Origin: Longimicrobiales bacterium | GTDB lineage: Bacteria; Gemmatimonadota; Gemmatimonadetes; Longimicrobiales; Gaopeijiaceae | Length of the DNA: 64,000 nucleotides | Assembly: GCA_965238005.1 (NCBI GenBank) | Contig: OZ250165.1 | Location: 3,424,001-3,488,000 of the forward strand | Direction: 5' to 3' | Position numbers and translations under genes: made by a program | In this document: positions 29,453 through 38,911 of the stretch, piece by piece | Numbering within the stretch: the first letter of the stretch is position 1 | Layout: each line of letters begins with the position of its first letter | The notes under the pieces: model-generated | What the model was told of the DNA's origin: nothing | Database searches by the model: none | Seen by the model: the letters and a program-made list of their open reading frames with translations, nothing else

Positions 29453-30909
29453 GAAGCTGTCCCAACCGTAGTTGAAGGTTCCTGATAGGGGAGAAAGAAA
29501 AGTGGTGGCTCCGGGGGTCCCGGGCCGATAGGCTCGGGTAGGCAAAAACCCCAACACGGAGCCACCACGATGAAGAGAACGTACGAGGTAAGGGATCGGG
29601 CGGACAAGCGCGCGATCAGGGAGTTCCTGAAGCGGGAGGGGCAGTTTCTGCTTCCGATGCTTGAGCTCGTGGAGCAGACGGAGGTCGCGATCGACGAAGT
29701 CATCCAGGTGATGGGACGAGCGACGATCGAAGCGGTGCTGGAGATGAGCGCCGAGGGTGTGGCAGGCGTGAAGCAGGCAGGTCGGTCACGAGCGGAAGAC
29801 GACACGGTGTGGTATGGCCGGCAGGGTGGTGTGGTTTACCTGTCGGACCGGAAGGTGCGTGTGGAGCGGCCACGGCTCAGGCGCCGGGGCGCCGGGGAGG
29901 GTGGCGAGGTCGAGGTGCCGGCGTACGCAGCGATGCGGAGACCGGGCGCCGTGGCGGATCGGATGCTCGAGGTCCTGATGGCGGGGGTGAGCACGCGGAA
30001 GTACGGCCGTGTGATCGGTGAGATGGCCGACACGGTCGGGGTGAGCAAGTCGGCGGTGAGCCGTGAGACGGTCGAGGCCTCGGAGCGCGTGCTGAAGGAG
30101 CTGATGGAGCGCCGGCTGGATGCGTGGGACCTCCTGGTGATCTACCTGGACGGGATCCAGATGGGCTCGCACCACGTGCTTGCTGCGGTAGGCGTGGACT
30201 CAGACGGAAAGAAGCACGTGCTGGGCGTGAGGGAAGGAGCGAGTGAGAACGCCGAGGTGACCAGCGCGCTCCTAGAGGATCTGGTCGAGCGCGGCCTGGA
30301 CCCGGGCAGGCGGCGGCTGTTCGTGATCGATGGCTCGAAAGCGCTCAGGAAGGCGATCGAGAAGGTGTTCGGCCAACGTCACCCCATCCAGCGCTGCCGC
30401 AACCACAAGCTCCGCAACGTGCTGGGTCATCTGCCGAAGGATCAGCATCCTCAGGTGAAGGCGGCGTTCCGGGCGGCGATGAAGCTGGACGCGAAGCAGG
30501 GCGAGCAGAAGCTCGAGCAGCTCGCCCGATGGCTCGAGCGCGACCACCCCTCGGCCTCGGCCAGCCTACGCGAAGGCCTCAGCGAGATGTTCACGATCAA
30601 CCGGCTCGGCCTCCCGCCGCGGCTGAGGAAGTGCCTGGGCTCGACCAACCTGATCGACAGCACCCACTCGGGCGTAAGACAGAAGACCCGCAGGGTGACC
30701 AACTGGAAGAACGGAGCGATGGCCTTGCGCTGGGCTGCGGCCTCGTTCGTGGAGACCGAGAAGACCTACCGGAGGATCATCGGCTACGACCAGCTCTGGA
30801 TGCTCAGGGCCCACCTCGACGACCATGAACCGGTGGCCGAAATGAGAAAGGCAGGCTAACAAGGAGACTCTCCGGAGCCACCACCTTCAACTGTCAGCGG
30901 GACACCATC
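29453..30909 (+). mobile_element. IS256-family insertion sequence
   Basis: Imperfect TIRs (TGTCCC...AGTTGAAGGT); 8-bp duplication CACCGCAA at 29445 and 30910. Confidence 0.93.
29570..30859 (+). CDS. IS256 transposase
   Basis: GVSTR, YLDG, VIDGSKAL, QRCRNHKLRN, STNLID. Confidence 0.95.
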   Translation: MKRTYEVRDRADKRAIREFLKREGQFLLPMLELVEQTEVAIDEVIQVMGRATIEAVLEMSAEGVAGVKQAGRSRAEDDTVWYGRQGGVVYLSDRKVRVERPRLRRRGAGEGGEVEVPAYAAMRRPGAVADRMLEVLMAGVSTRKYGRVIGEMADTVGVSKSAVSRETVEASERVLKELMERRLDAWDLLVIYLDGIQMGSHHVLAAVGVDSDGKKHVLGVREGASENAEVTSALLEDLVERGLDPGRRRLFVIDGSKALRKAIEKVFGQRHPIQRCRNHKLRNVLGHLPKDQHPQVKAAFRAAMKLDAKQGEQKLEQLARWLERDHPSASASLREGLSEMFTINRLGLPPRLRKCLGSTNLIDSTHSGVRQKTRRVTNWKNGAMALRWAAASFVETEKTYRRIIGYDQLWMLRAHLDDHEPVAEMRKAG

Positions 30910-31115
30910 CACCGCAACGACCAGATACGTTGTGTGCGCATCGATTCCTGCGACATACATGATGGCCTCCTGGTGGTTGGCAGCCGCAGGTTCTTGGAGA
31001 AGTACCAGCGTAGTGCGCCGGCCATTGGGAGGCCATCCGCTTTATAAGGTCAGCAGAAGCGCAAAGTCGTTAGGCATCCGAGAACCGAGAGGGGCAGTGA
31101 ACGCATTCCATCTTC

Positions 31116-31601
31116 TTGGTCTGTTTAGCGGTCGTGGTAGCTGCGATCGGTTGGAAAGTCGCCGGTCTGCTCGGAGTCGTGCTCGGCGTCCCGGCCGGAA
31201 TCCTCGTGGGAGTCTATGGTCTGATAGGGACGTTCCTGGCCTTGGCGTGGCTCGAGACTCGCCGCGACCAGCTAGCTCTGCGCAGGTCATTCGGCCCGTA
31301 TTGGCGGGCCGAATACCGCGCAGATTGGGAGGAACTCAAGGCGTCGCTTCGCCCCGGCGCCGTTGTGAATGGAGTTGTGGTCAGAGTGCGATATCACGGC
31401 GCCTTCCTTAATCTTGGGAAAGGATTTCCGGGGCTTATCCAGGCCTACCAAATCGTGCATGACGGCTCGGAGCTGCCGTCCGTTGGTGACAACGTTCGTG
31501 CATGGGTTAAGGAGTATGATGAGGACTGTCGGACGGTAGTGCTCACGATGAACGAAGGGTCGCTCTCAGGACTCGGTGACCTCCGACCCCCGGATGCCTA
31601 A
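31116..31601 (+). CDS. Membrane-anchored S1 (OB-fold) domain protein (cassette; start uncertain)
   Basis: N-terminal TM; GAVVNGVV...HGAFLNLG...GLI...VGDNVRAWV; cassette GTTAGGC(31069)...GCCTAAAC(31596). Confidence 0.65.
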   Translation: MVCLAVVVAAIGWKVAGLLGVVLGVPAGILVGVYGLIGTFLALAWLETRRDQLALRRSFGPYWRAEYRADWEELKASLRPGAVVNGVVVRVRYHGAFLNLGKGFPGLIQAYQIVHDGSELPSVGDNVRAWVKEYDEDCRTVVLTMNEGSLSGLGDLRPPDA

Positions 31602-31604
31602 ACA

Positions 31605-32165
31605 CTTATCAGGCCCCCGGAGTCAAGAGCACGCACGTCCCCCCCCTCCCCCCGACGCGTCGCGGAGCGGCGCGCTAGGCGAAATAAGCATCGGTCGCCG
31701 AGTCCTCTGACCTGGTTTCAGTAGGCAGGTGCGAGCGTAGGGAGCCTCTGCACCAAACACTTATCGAGGTTCAACCGCCGGGTGCCCTACGAGGCGAGCT
31801 CGAAGGCGGCGGAGCGAGAAGTCTTCGTTTCGATTCCTCGCGACCTAGAAATTCATCTGTACCCTCGTGCCGTCCGACTCCATTCAAGACGTAGGTTAGG
31901 GAAGGCGCCGCCTCGCAGCAGCACGGCCGTCTTGTGCGAGTCGATCTCGTCGTTCTTGGCCTTGGCCCCGTGGATCGCCTTCTGCCCTGCGAGTCCAGGA
32001 CGCAGAGGTAGAGTGTGCGAGCGTGAAGGTCGATGCCACAGTAGTATCGATGCTGGCCCGTGTATGAGCGCATGGTTCCCCTCCTGGGTTGGTTGAATCG
32101 AAGTGTCATGCTCTGATTCTTCCGTCCTCTCTTCGAGAGGTCCAGGAGGGGGCCTGCATGAGTAT
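31605..32165 (-). mobile_element. IS110-A deletion derivative in attC
   Basis: Both ends (CTTATCAGGCCCCC...GGGGGCCTGCATGAGTAT) with CA core; transposase mostly deleted. Confidence 0.88.
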
Positions 32166-32274
32166 CAAGCAGTTGCTGCTGTCGCGGTAGGCGGATGGGT
32201 CCGGAGCACTCGCCTCGCAGCTCGCGCTCCGGGTGGACATGGTGGCGCGCAGCAGAACTGCAAAGTCGTTAGGA
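32166..32274 (+). other. attC remainder
   Basis: gcagttgctgctg...cagcagaactgc-aaagtc-GTTAGGA. Confidence 0.88.
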
Positions 32275-32302
32275 AGCGGAGATCCAAGCGAACTGAGCCT
32301 GG

Positions 32303-33169
32303 TCAGTCAGACCCGTCTTCCGACGACCACACGACGCGAAAGCCGATGTGGTTCCAGCGGTAGTCCGTGGCGAGATCATTGGTGACGGCTGCGGCTCTAA
32401 GGAAGAAGGCCGGATGCAGGAACGAGCCGCCCTTGAGCTTGAGCGCGTCATGGTTCACGGGGTGCCTATCTCGGTCGAACCAAACGGGCATCACCCACTC
32501 TCGAACATTCCCTGCGAGGTCGTAAACGCCCTCAGGTGTCGCATCAGTGGGCCGGGTCATAACCTCGATGGTGCTTCTCGGGGGACACTCACGGTAGTGA
32601 GAGCCTTCGCACGTCGGCGCCGAATCACCCCACGGGTACTCCCGTCGTTCCGCGCCTCTCGCGGCGTACTCCCACTCCACCTCTGTCGGTAGGCTGCCCC
32701 CCAAAGACACGGCGTAGGCCATGGCTTCTCGCCAGGTGACGTTGACTACGGGATGCTGCCCCCACCCGGCCGGGAAATCGTGCGCAGGATCGAACCGACG
32801 GTATTCCTCATTGGTGACCTCGTGCTCCTGCATCCAGAAGCTCTCTAACGTCCACCGTCCCATATCCTCCTCGACCTTGGAGTATGGGCTTCCGATTGGG
32901 AACTCATCGGTCCAATCCTCACTGCCGGAAATAAACGGCCCGCCCTCTACCAATACCGCACGGTTCAACGGGTCCGCGGCCCCCTTTGGCGGCATCGACT
33001 GTGCCGCGGTGGCGGCTTGGCCTGCTGTGTCATTCGAACAACCCACCGAAAGCACGACGAGAAAGCCGCCAACGGCGACGCCCGTAGCCCGGATCACCCC
33101 TCCAAGCGAGGTCGACAACTCTATTGCCAGGCGCATGATCAATCCGGGATCAGGCTGCTGCGGACGCAC
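32303..33169 (-). CDS. SUMF1/FGE-sulfatase domain lipoprotein (cassette, antisense)
   Basis: EVTNEEY, HPVVNVTW, LPTEVEWEYAARG, DLAGNVREW, IGFR; GTTAGGA/TCCTAAC pair. Confidence 0.9.
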   Translation of the reverse strand: MRPQQPDPGLIMRLAIELSTSLGGVIRATGVAVGGFLVVLSVGCSNDTAGQAATAAQSMPPKGAADPLNRAVLVEGGPFISGSEDWTDEFPIGSPYSKVEEDMGRWTLESFWMQEHEVTNEEYRRFDPAHDFPAGWGQHPVVNVTWREAMAYAVSLGGSLPTEVEWEYAARGAERREYPWGDSAPTCEGSHYRECPPRSTIEVMTRPTDATPEGVYDLAGNVREWVMPVWFDRDRHPVNHDALKLKGGSFLHPAFFLRAAAVTNDLATDYRWNHIGFRVVWSSEDGSD

Positions 33170-33235
33170 GTAGACTACTCAAGAAACCTACGCCGGTGCT
33201 CGCAGGAAGCGACAGGTGTGTTCGAGCTCTCCGGT

Positions 33236-33528
33236 TCCTAACAAGGGTTTGAAGCTGTCCGGGTAGGCTGCTTAGGTCCGGAGCACTCGGCTTGCACCTC
33301 GCGCTCCGGGCGAACATGGTTGTCCGGTTGGCGGCCTTGGTAGTGAGTAGTGCCCGCCGGTCTGTGCATTCAGTGGCGACAATTCTCTTCGGACCCATAT
33401 TGGTCTGGGTGTTGGTATTGGCCACGACCTGGGCGTACTAGCGAGCGATTGCTGCAGTCGCGGTAGGCTTGGAAGGTCGCGAGCTGCGCTTGCGGTCCCC
33501 ATACTGGTGCGCAGCAAAGTCGTTAGGC
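33236..33528 (+). other. Half attC, cassette scrap and degenerate attC
   Basis: TCCTAACaaggg...; gcgattgctgcag...gcgcagcaaagtcGTTAGGC. Confidence 0.7.
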
Positions 33529-33566
33529 GGCTCCTCGCGAGCGACCGGATCCGAAGGAGGACCTGC

Positions 33567-34202
33567 ATGAGCTCAGACGAGATACCCAGTATCGAGCCGA
33601 CGCCCGACGGGCCCTATCTGGTGAAGAACCTGCAGCACTTCTCCAACCGGAAGGGAGCCATCGAGGCCCGTGCCAGTGTGGCGCTGTGTCGCTGCGGCGG
33701 ATCGGCCAACAAGCCGTTCTGCGATGGGACGCATGCAAAGATTGGATTCTCCTCGGCCAAACTCGAAGGCCGTGTACCGGACAAGCGAGAAGCCTACGAG
33801 GCTGAAAAGATCACCATTCACGACGACCGGGGTATTTGCGCTCACGCTGGGCGTTGCACCGATGGACTCTCCTCGGTGTTCCGCCTGAAGCAGGAGCCCT
33901 GGATCGATCCGCAAGGGGCACTCCCGGAGGAGATCATCGAAACGATCCGGAGATGCCCGTCGGGAGCGCTCAGTTACACGGTCCATGGCGTGGAGCAGCG
34001 CGACCGGAAGGGCCCTGCGGCGATCTTCGTCTCCCTGAACGGCCCCTATGTGGTCACGGGTGGACCGCAGCTTCTCGACACGCCGCGCGGAGAAGGTGCT
34101 TCAACGGAGCATTTCACACTCTGCCGGTGCGGCGGCTCGAAGAACAAGCCGTTCTGTGACGGCTCGCACTGGTATAACAACTTCGATGACGACAAGAACT
34201 GA
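33567..34202 (+). CDS. CDGSH iron-sulfur domain protein with central Fe-S domain (cassette)
   Basis: Two LCRCGGS.NKPFCDG(T/S)H motifs; CAHAGRC...CPSGAL. Confidence 0.92.
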   Translation: MSSDEIPSIEPTPDGPYLVKNLQHFSNRKGAIEARASVALCRCGGSANKPFCDGTHAKIGFSSAKLEGRVPDKREAYEAEKITIHDDRGICAHAGRCTDGLSSVFRLKQEPWIDPQGALPEEIIETIRRCPSGALSYTVHGVEQRDRKGPAAIFVSLNGPYVVTGGPQLLDTPRGEGASTEHFTLCRCGGSKNKPFCDGSHWYNNFDDDKN

Positions 34203-34225
34203 GCCAACGATTCGGGAAGGAGCCC

Positions 34226-34322
34226 GCCCAAGAAGCGATTGCTGCTGACGCAGTCAGCGTGAGGGTCGCGTGCTGCGCACGCGGGGGGTAATGTGGTGCG
34301 CAGAATCGCATATCTGTTAGAG
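34226..34322 (+). other. attC (degenerate R'')
   Basis: GCCCAAGaagcgattgctg...cagaatcgcatatctGTTAGAG. Confidence 0.8.
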
Positions 34323-34504
34323 AGCCCTCGTCAGGCGCCTGGCCCGAGGCTGGGTCCGCGATCGTATCCACGCGGCTACTGCTTCCTCATCGAGCTTGCC
34401 GGAAGCCAAGGCCAGCATTCTCTGAACTACTTCGTCTTCGGGGGCGATGAAGTCGAATCCGTTGAGGCCGAGAAAGATGACGGCCGCCAACAACGAGATC
34501 CGCT

Positions 34505-34603
34505 CTCTAACGAGTGTTTGCTACTGTCGCGGTAACGCTGCGGGTCGCGCGCTACTCGCGCGCAGCCCAGATTGATGCGCATCAGAAGCCCGAGACGTTA
34601 GGC
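34505..34603 (+). other. attC (uninterrupted)
   Basis: CTCTAAC...tttgctactg...catcagaagc..gagacGTTAGGC. Confidence 0.85.
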
Positions 34604-34631
34604 TGCACGAGCAACGTAAGATCGTGCGTCT

Positions 34632-35357
34632 TTGGGAAAAGAACCCTTGCAGAATTCCTCAGACCGTCAGCTCCGCCGAATCGGGGCCATTGCAGCCATG
34701 CTCGGCCCGCTGGTGCTGCTCGTTTCAACGCTTATGCATCCGCGTGAGGCCGACCCCAACGACGCAGTTGCAGCTTTCACAGAATATGCTGCCGATCGTC
34801 TTTGGGTAGGAACTCACCTTGGTCAATTCCTCGGGGTGGCGATTATCGTGGCGGCGTTAGTGATGCTTTCTCGCTCACTGGAGGAAGGAAAAGCCGCGGC
34901 CTGGTCGCGCATCGGCTTAGCCGGAGCAATCGCCACTCTTGCTTGCACAGCCGTCCTTCAGGCTGTCGATGGAGTGGCCCTCAAGTTCATGGTAGACCGA
35001 TGGGCTGCGGCGCCAGCGGAACAACAACCAACGATCTTTGAAGCTGCCTTTGGTGTTCGGCAAGTTGAGGCCGGGTTGGCGAGCCTGACGAGTTTGCTCT
35101 TCGGGATCACGGTAACAGCGTATGGTGTCGCCATGCTTCTTAGCCCGATCTACCCAGCTTGGGTTGGCCTCTTGGCGATAGTTGATGGGCTCGGGACCGC
35201 AGCTGGTGCCGTCGTCCTGGCCTACGCCGGGTTTTCGGAATTGATGATGACGATAAGCATGCCTGCCAACCTCCTCCTGCTGGTGTGGATGATCGTCGTT
35301 GGCGTTTTGATGTGGACTCGAGGCGGCAAAGAGCACGCGAGCAACAGTGGGGCCTAA
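34632..35357 (+). CDS. Multi-TM membrane protein (DUF4386-like; cassette)
   Basis: About 6 TM helices; stop overlaps R'' GCCTAAC (35352). Confidence 0.75.
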   Translation: MGKEPLQNSSDRQLRRIGAIAAMLGPLVLLVSTLMHPREADPNDAVAAFTEYAADRLWVGTHLGQFLGVAIIVAALVMLSRSLEEGKAAAWSRIGLAGAIATLACTAVLQAVDGVALKFMVDRWAAAPAEQQPTIFEAAFGVRQVEAGLASLTSLLFGITVTAYGVAMLLSPIYPAWVGLLAIVDGLGTAAGAVVLAYAGFSELMMTISMPANLLLLVWMIVVGVLMWTRGGKEHASNSGA

Positions 35358-35638
35358 CTTATCAAGAGCCCCGTGGATCGCCTTCATGTAGAGCCATGGC
35401 CGAGCACGAAGGGGATCTGCTCACGAGCACAGAGATCGGCGAGCCAGTACCAACAGAAGATGCACTCGCTGCCCACCACGAGGTCTGCACGGTGGGGCTT
35501 GAGGGCGCGAAGCAATGCCTCGCGCTCACAGCGCAGCCTCTTGTGCAGGCGTATCTTGCCCTGGGAGTCCAGGACGCAGAGGTAGAGCGTGCGAGCGTGA
35601 AGGTCGAAGATGCCACAGGAGGGGGCCTGCATGAGTAT
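35358..35638 (-). mobile_element. IS110-A deletion derivative in attC
   Basis: CTTATCA...transposase scrap (DLHARTLYLC)...GGGGGCCTGCATGAGTAT-CA. Confidence 0.85.
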
Positions 35639-35732
35639 CAAGCGCTTGCTGCAGTCGCGGTAGCGTGGAGGGTCGCGCGCTTCGCTTGCGGTCTGCGTCT
35701 TAGGCGCGGAGCAGAATGGCGAGACGTTAGCT
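35639..35732 (+). other. attC remainder
   Basis: caagcgcttgctgcag...gagcagaatggcgagacGTTAGCT. Confidence 0.85.
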
Positions 35733-35787
35733 GGACTCCGATAGGCTCTGAGAGGATGAGAGCGTTGGAGGCCGCCGCGAGCCGCCG

Positions 35788-36279
35788 TCAGTTTCGCTTT
35801 GTCGTGTCCGGTGAGAGCTCGCGGAGGCTGTCTTCCAGCTTCATGTACCAGGGATCGTCGACGCTGTCGCGTTGGAAGTAGAGTATGACCTCCCGCTCGT
35901 TGATCAGCGCGTTCAGGAGGAGCTTCACCTTCACGCGCAACTTCACCCGGGCCCGGAGCCCGCCCGAGTCGATCTCTGCGAAGACGACCTCGTAGTCCTT
36001 GATGTCCAGGGCCTCCGGTCTCACCGTGAAAAGGCGCTGGATAAGGAACGGAATATCGACGCTGTCGCGTATGTCGGGTGCGTGGTAGCTCGCCGCGCTC
36101 ACGAAATCCTTGAACTGGATGTCCTCCAGGAACGCAAGCGCCACGCGCCGAAGTGCGCCGCGATCCCCGCCGAGGGCCAGGCCCAGGGTTGAGAAGGCGC
36201 CCCCGGAGACGTGCGCTACGCCGAGGTAGCCTCCCAGGAGAAGGGCCAGCACCAACAGGGCGGTCACGGCCTTTTTCAT
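35788..36279 (-). CDS. Hypothetical exported/membrane-anchored protein
   Basis: N-terminal hydrophobic helix; overlaps the permease stop. Confidence 0.7.
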   Translation of the reverse strand: MKKAVTALLVLALLLGGYLGVAHVSGGAFSTLGLALGGDRGALRRVALAFLEDIQFKDFVSAASYHAPDIRDSVDIPFLIQRLFTVRPEALDIKDYEVVFAEIDSGGLRARVKLRVKVKLLLNALINEREVILYFQRDSVDDPWYMKLEDSLRELSPDTTKRN

Positions 36280-37013
36280 GTCACGACCTCACGCCGGGGG
36301 AGCAGGGACGCCGTAGCGGCGGCGACGAGGACCGTGGACATGGCCAGCAGTACGACCAGAAATAGCGCAACCATGTGCCAGCGAGGCTCGAGGGCGGCGC
36401 TCTCCTCGAAGACGCGAAAGGCCCAGTGTACAGGCATCGCCCTTTCCACGGCGGCGACGACGTCGCTATAAAGATTATTGGGGATCGCCAGCTCGGAGAA
36501 CAGTATTTGGGGGAGGAGGAGAAGCGGCACCGCGAACACCGCCCGCTCCTGGGTCGTCGCCAGGGCGCTGACGAGGAGGCCGAGGCCGGTGCCCGCCAGC
36601 GAGGCACCGAAGAGTGCCAGAAGCTCCAGCGGCATGGGACCTCGGAGCTGGAGGTGCCACTCCACCGTCCCCTGCAACAGGACGACCTGAGCCGCGCCGA
36701 GGGCGGCCAGCACCCACACCTTGGAGGCGACGTAGGCGCCGGGGCGGAGGCCGAAGAGGCGCTCCCGCTCGAGGATGGCGCGCTCCTTTACGATTTCCCG
36801 GCAGGCGTTGATGCACCCGAACCAGACGGCCGCCAGGCAGAGCACGAAGTAGAGCGCGGGCGTGTCACGCTCGATGGACCCCCACACCACGGCGCACAGC
36901 CATCCGATGAGGGGGGCCTGCGCCAGAACCAGGACCAGGCCACCCATGTCGCCGAGCCAGCAGTCCCGGTAGCGGGCTGCCAGGATGTGCGACTGCCGGC
37001 GCGGCGTGCTCAC
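36276..37013 (-). CDS. ABC-2 type transporter permease
   Basis: WFGCINACREIVKERAILERER, LLPQILFS. Confidence 0.88.
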   Translation of the reverse strand: MSTPRRQSHILAARYRDCWLGDMGGLVLVLAQAPLIGWLCAVVWGSIERDTPALYFVLCLAAVWFGCINACREIVKERAILERERLFGLRPGAYVASKVWVLAALGAAQVVLLQGTVEWHLQLRGPMPLELLALFGASLAGTGLGLLVSALATTQERAVFAVPLLLLPQILFSELAIPNNLYSDVVAAVERAMPVHWAFRVFEESAALEPRWHMVALFLVVLLAMSTVLVAAATASLLPRREVVT

Positions 37014-37921
37014 GGAACCTCCGGGCTCCCCAGCCGAGCCTTCAGGCGGTCGAGGGCTTCGTCAGTGCTGGTCAGGCCTCTCTCCCCACTTGCTCGGGCG
37101 GCTTGCGAACGGGGTGCGGGCCCCGGGCGGCGGAGAAACGTCCGCTGGTCTGGGTCCGCGCTGGCGGTGAGGTGCCAGGCCGACGGCGATTGCTTCTCGA
37201 GCTGTCGGAAGAGTTCGGCGTACCGATCGACCCGGAAGTACGAGAGCGCTTTTCGGGGCGGCCCGAAGAAAGCGACGTATCCGCCCACCAGCACGCACAG
37301 TGCTTCGGCCCGCTCGATGCTCTCCATGGCGTGGGTGGCCACGAGGACGATCCGGCCGGTCCCCGCGACCTGGGACAGGAGTGCCATCGTACGCGCCTCG
37401 AGACCGGGGTCGAGACCCGAAGTCGGCTCGTCGAGGATGAGCAACGGCGGGCCGGTCAGGAGCTCGAGGGCCACTGACACGCGCTTTCTCTGGCCACCGG
37501 AGAGCTGGCGAATGCGGACTCCGGAGCGGTCACCAAGGTCGACCTGGTCGAGGACCTCCGCGATCCGGGACTGGCGCTCCTCCGCGCTCGTCCCCGGCAT
37601 GCGCAGCTCAGCGGCATAGGTCAGCTCGCGCCGCACGGTGAGCCCCCGGTGGAGCGTGTCATCTTGGGGCACATAGCCGACCGGGCCCAGCTTCGCCACG
37701 GGGAGCGGTCCCATCATCACGGACCCCTCGTCAGGATCCCGAAGGCCCAGGAGCGCCTTGATAAGCGTGCTCTTTCCCGCCCCCGACGGACCGATAAGCG
37801 CGCACATCTCCCCGGGGTGCAGCGTCAGGTCCACCATCTTGAGAATGCGGGTGCCGCCGGCAGACACACCCACGTTCTCCACGCGCAGGGGACCGGGGAG
37901 AAGGCTCGTCGTCGAGGCCAC
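37010..37921 (-). CDS. ABC transporter ATP-binding protein
   Basis: GPSGAGKS, LSGGQRKR, LDEPTSGLD. Confidence 0.92.
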   Translation of the reverse strand: MASTTSLLPGPLRVENVGVSAGGTRILKMVDLTLHPGEMCALIGPSGAGKSTLIKALLGLRDPDEGSVMMGPLPVAKLGPVGYVPQDDTLHRGLTVRRELTYAAELRMPGTSAEERQSRIAEVLDQVDLGDRSGVRIRQLSGGQRKRVSVALELLTGPPLLILDEPTSGLDPGLEARTMALLSQVAGTGRIVLVATHAMESIERAEALCVLVGGYVAFFGPPRKALSYFRVDRYAELFRQLEKQSPSAWHLTASADPDQRTFLRRPGPAPRSQAARASGERGLTSTDEALDRLKARLGSPEVP

Positions 37922-38199
37922 GCGGGGCGGTTCCGGCTACGATGGGGACAGCGAGGCGCTCAACGCGATGTCCTCGTCGAGGGAAATGGAGGATGTCTCA
38001 ATTTCACGATGTGCCGCAACCCAACGAATTAGCAAGCGTGGCAATTTCATAGGGCTCGGGATCCGCTCGACGGCCGCTCGCGTGGGGCGAGCCCGCGCGA
38101 TCGGAAGGATGACTCCCTGGTCTTCTTGGACACAAACCATCGTACGTATGTTCACGATGTAAAGATACGTACGCCTCTCCGGCGAGCAGCTCGGCGAGC

Positions 38200-38245
38200 T
38201 TCATGACAAGCGCTTGCTACCGTCGCGGTAGGCGTCGGGCTCGCT
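38200..38245 (+). other. attC left-half remnant
   Basis: catgACAAGCGCTTGCTACCGTCGCGGTAG. Confidence 0.6.
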
Positions 38246-38249
38246 GGCG

Positions 38250-38600
38250 ACGCGAGGGGGATGCCGTTTACCTCGGTGGTGCCGGTAAGGTGCGGATGTC
38301 CGGCGACGATCAGGTCCACATCGGCCGAATCCAGCTCACGAGCCATCGAGAGGATCTCTCCGCTGCAGCGATTTTCGTTGCAGGACCAACCCGCGTGAGC
38401 GGTGAGGATGGTGAGGTCGGGGCCTTCGGCGCGCACCTGCTCCGGCACGCCGTCGATCGCCGCCCTCCCGCGACCGAAGGCGAGGCCTGCGACGCGTGGA
38501 GCATATACGATGCGCTCGGCGCTAGACGTCATGAACCCAATGAAGGCCACGCGCAGCCCCGAGAACTCCGTAATGTGATAGGGCCGTGCCGAATTGGGGG
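38250..38600 (-). pseudogene. 5'-nucleotidase/metallophosphoesterase fragment
   Basis: AFIGFMT...ILTAHAG...VDLIVAGHPH. Confidence 0.65.
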
Positions 38601-38619
38601 GGCAAACGCGCCGCGCATG

Positions 38620-38891
38620 GCCTAACCAGCGATCGCGGGCATCCTATGCGCTCAGCATCTCTGCCACGTCATTCCGCCTGGCACCAAGACGGAGCAGAGT
38701 CCGGATCATAAGGTTCACTGACACGCTCGGATGAGCCACCTCCATCAAGGGCAATTTGTCTGCCCCTCAGGCTCGCGCGCTTCGCTTGCCGTCGGCAGAT
38801 TGGACGAGCAGCAGAGCTTGAGGCACGCCGCGCGTGCCGGAGACGGCCGAGCGCCGCGAAGCGGGCGCGGGTCAATCGCGGGACGTTAGAC
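38620..38891 (+). other. Scrambled attC remnants
   Basis: GCCTAACcagcgatcgc; gagcagcagagc; aatcgcgggacGTTAGAC. Confidence 0.6.
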
Positions 38892-38911
38892 GGCAGACAC
38901 GAAGAGGAAGC

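Larger units (their letters stand above)
29130..31050 (-). pseudogene. IS110-type element C, deleted and interrupted by IS256
   Basis: MYVAGIDAHTTYLVVAV|VSKDG, KNDAIDA and ARIATARKLARAV fragments; left end abuts attC L' CAGCAGAAGCGC. Confidence 0.78.

Noticed and set aside
34293..34535. 80-aa ORF as the cassette gene
   Set aside because: It starts and ends inside the flanking attC sites.
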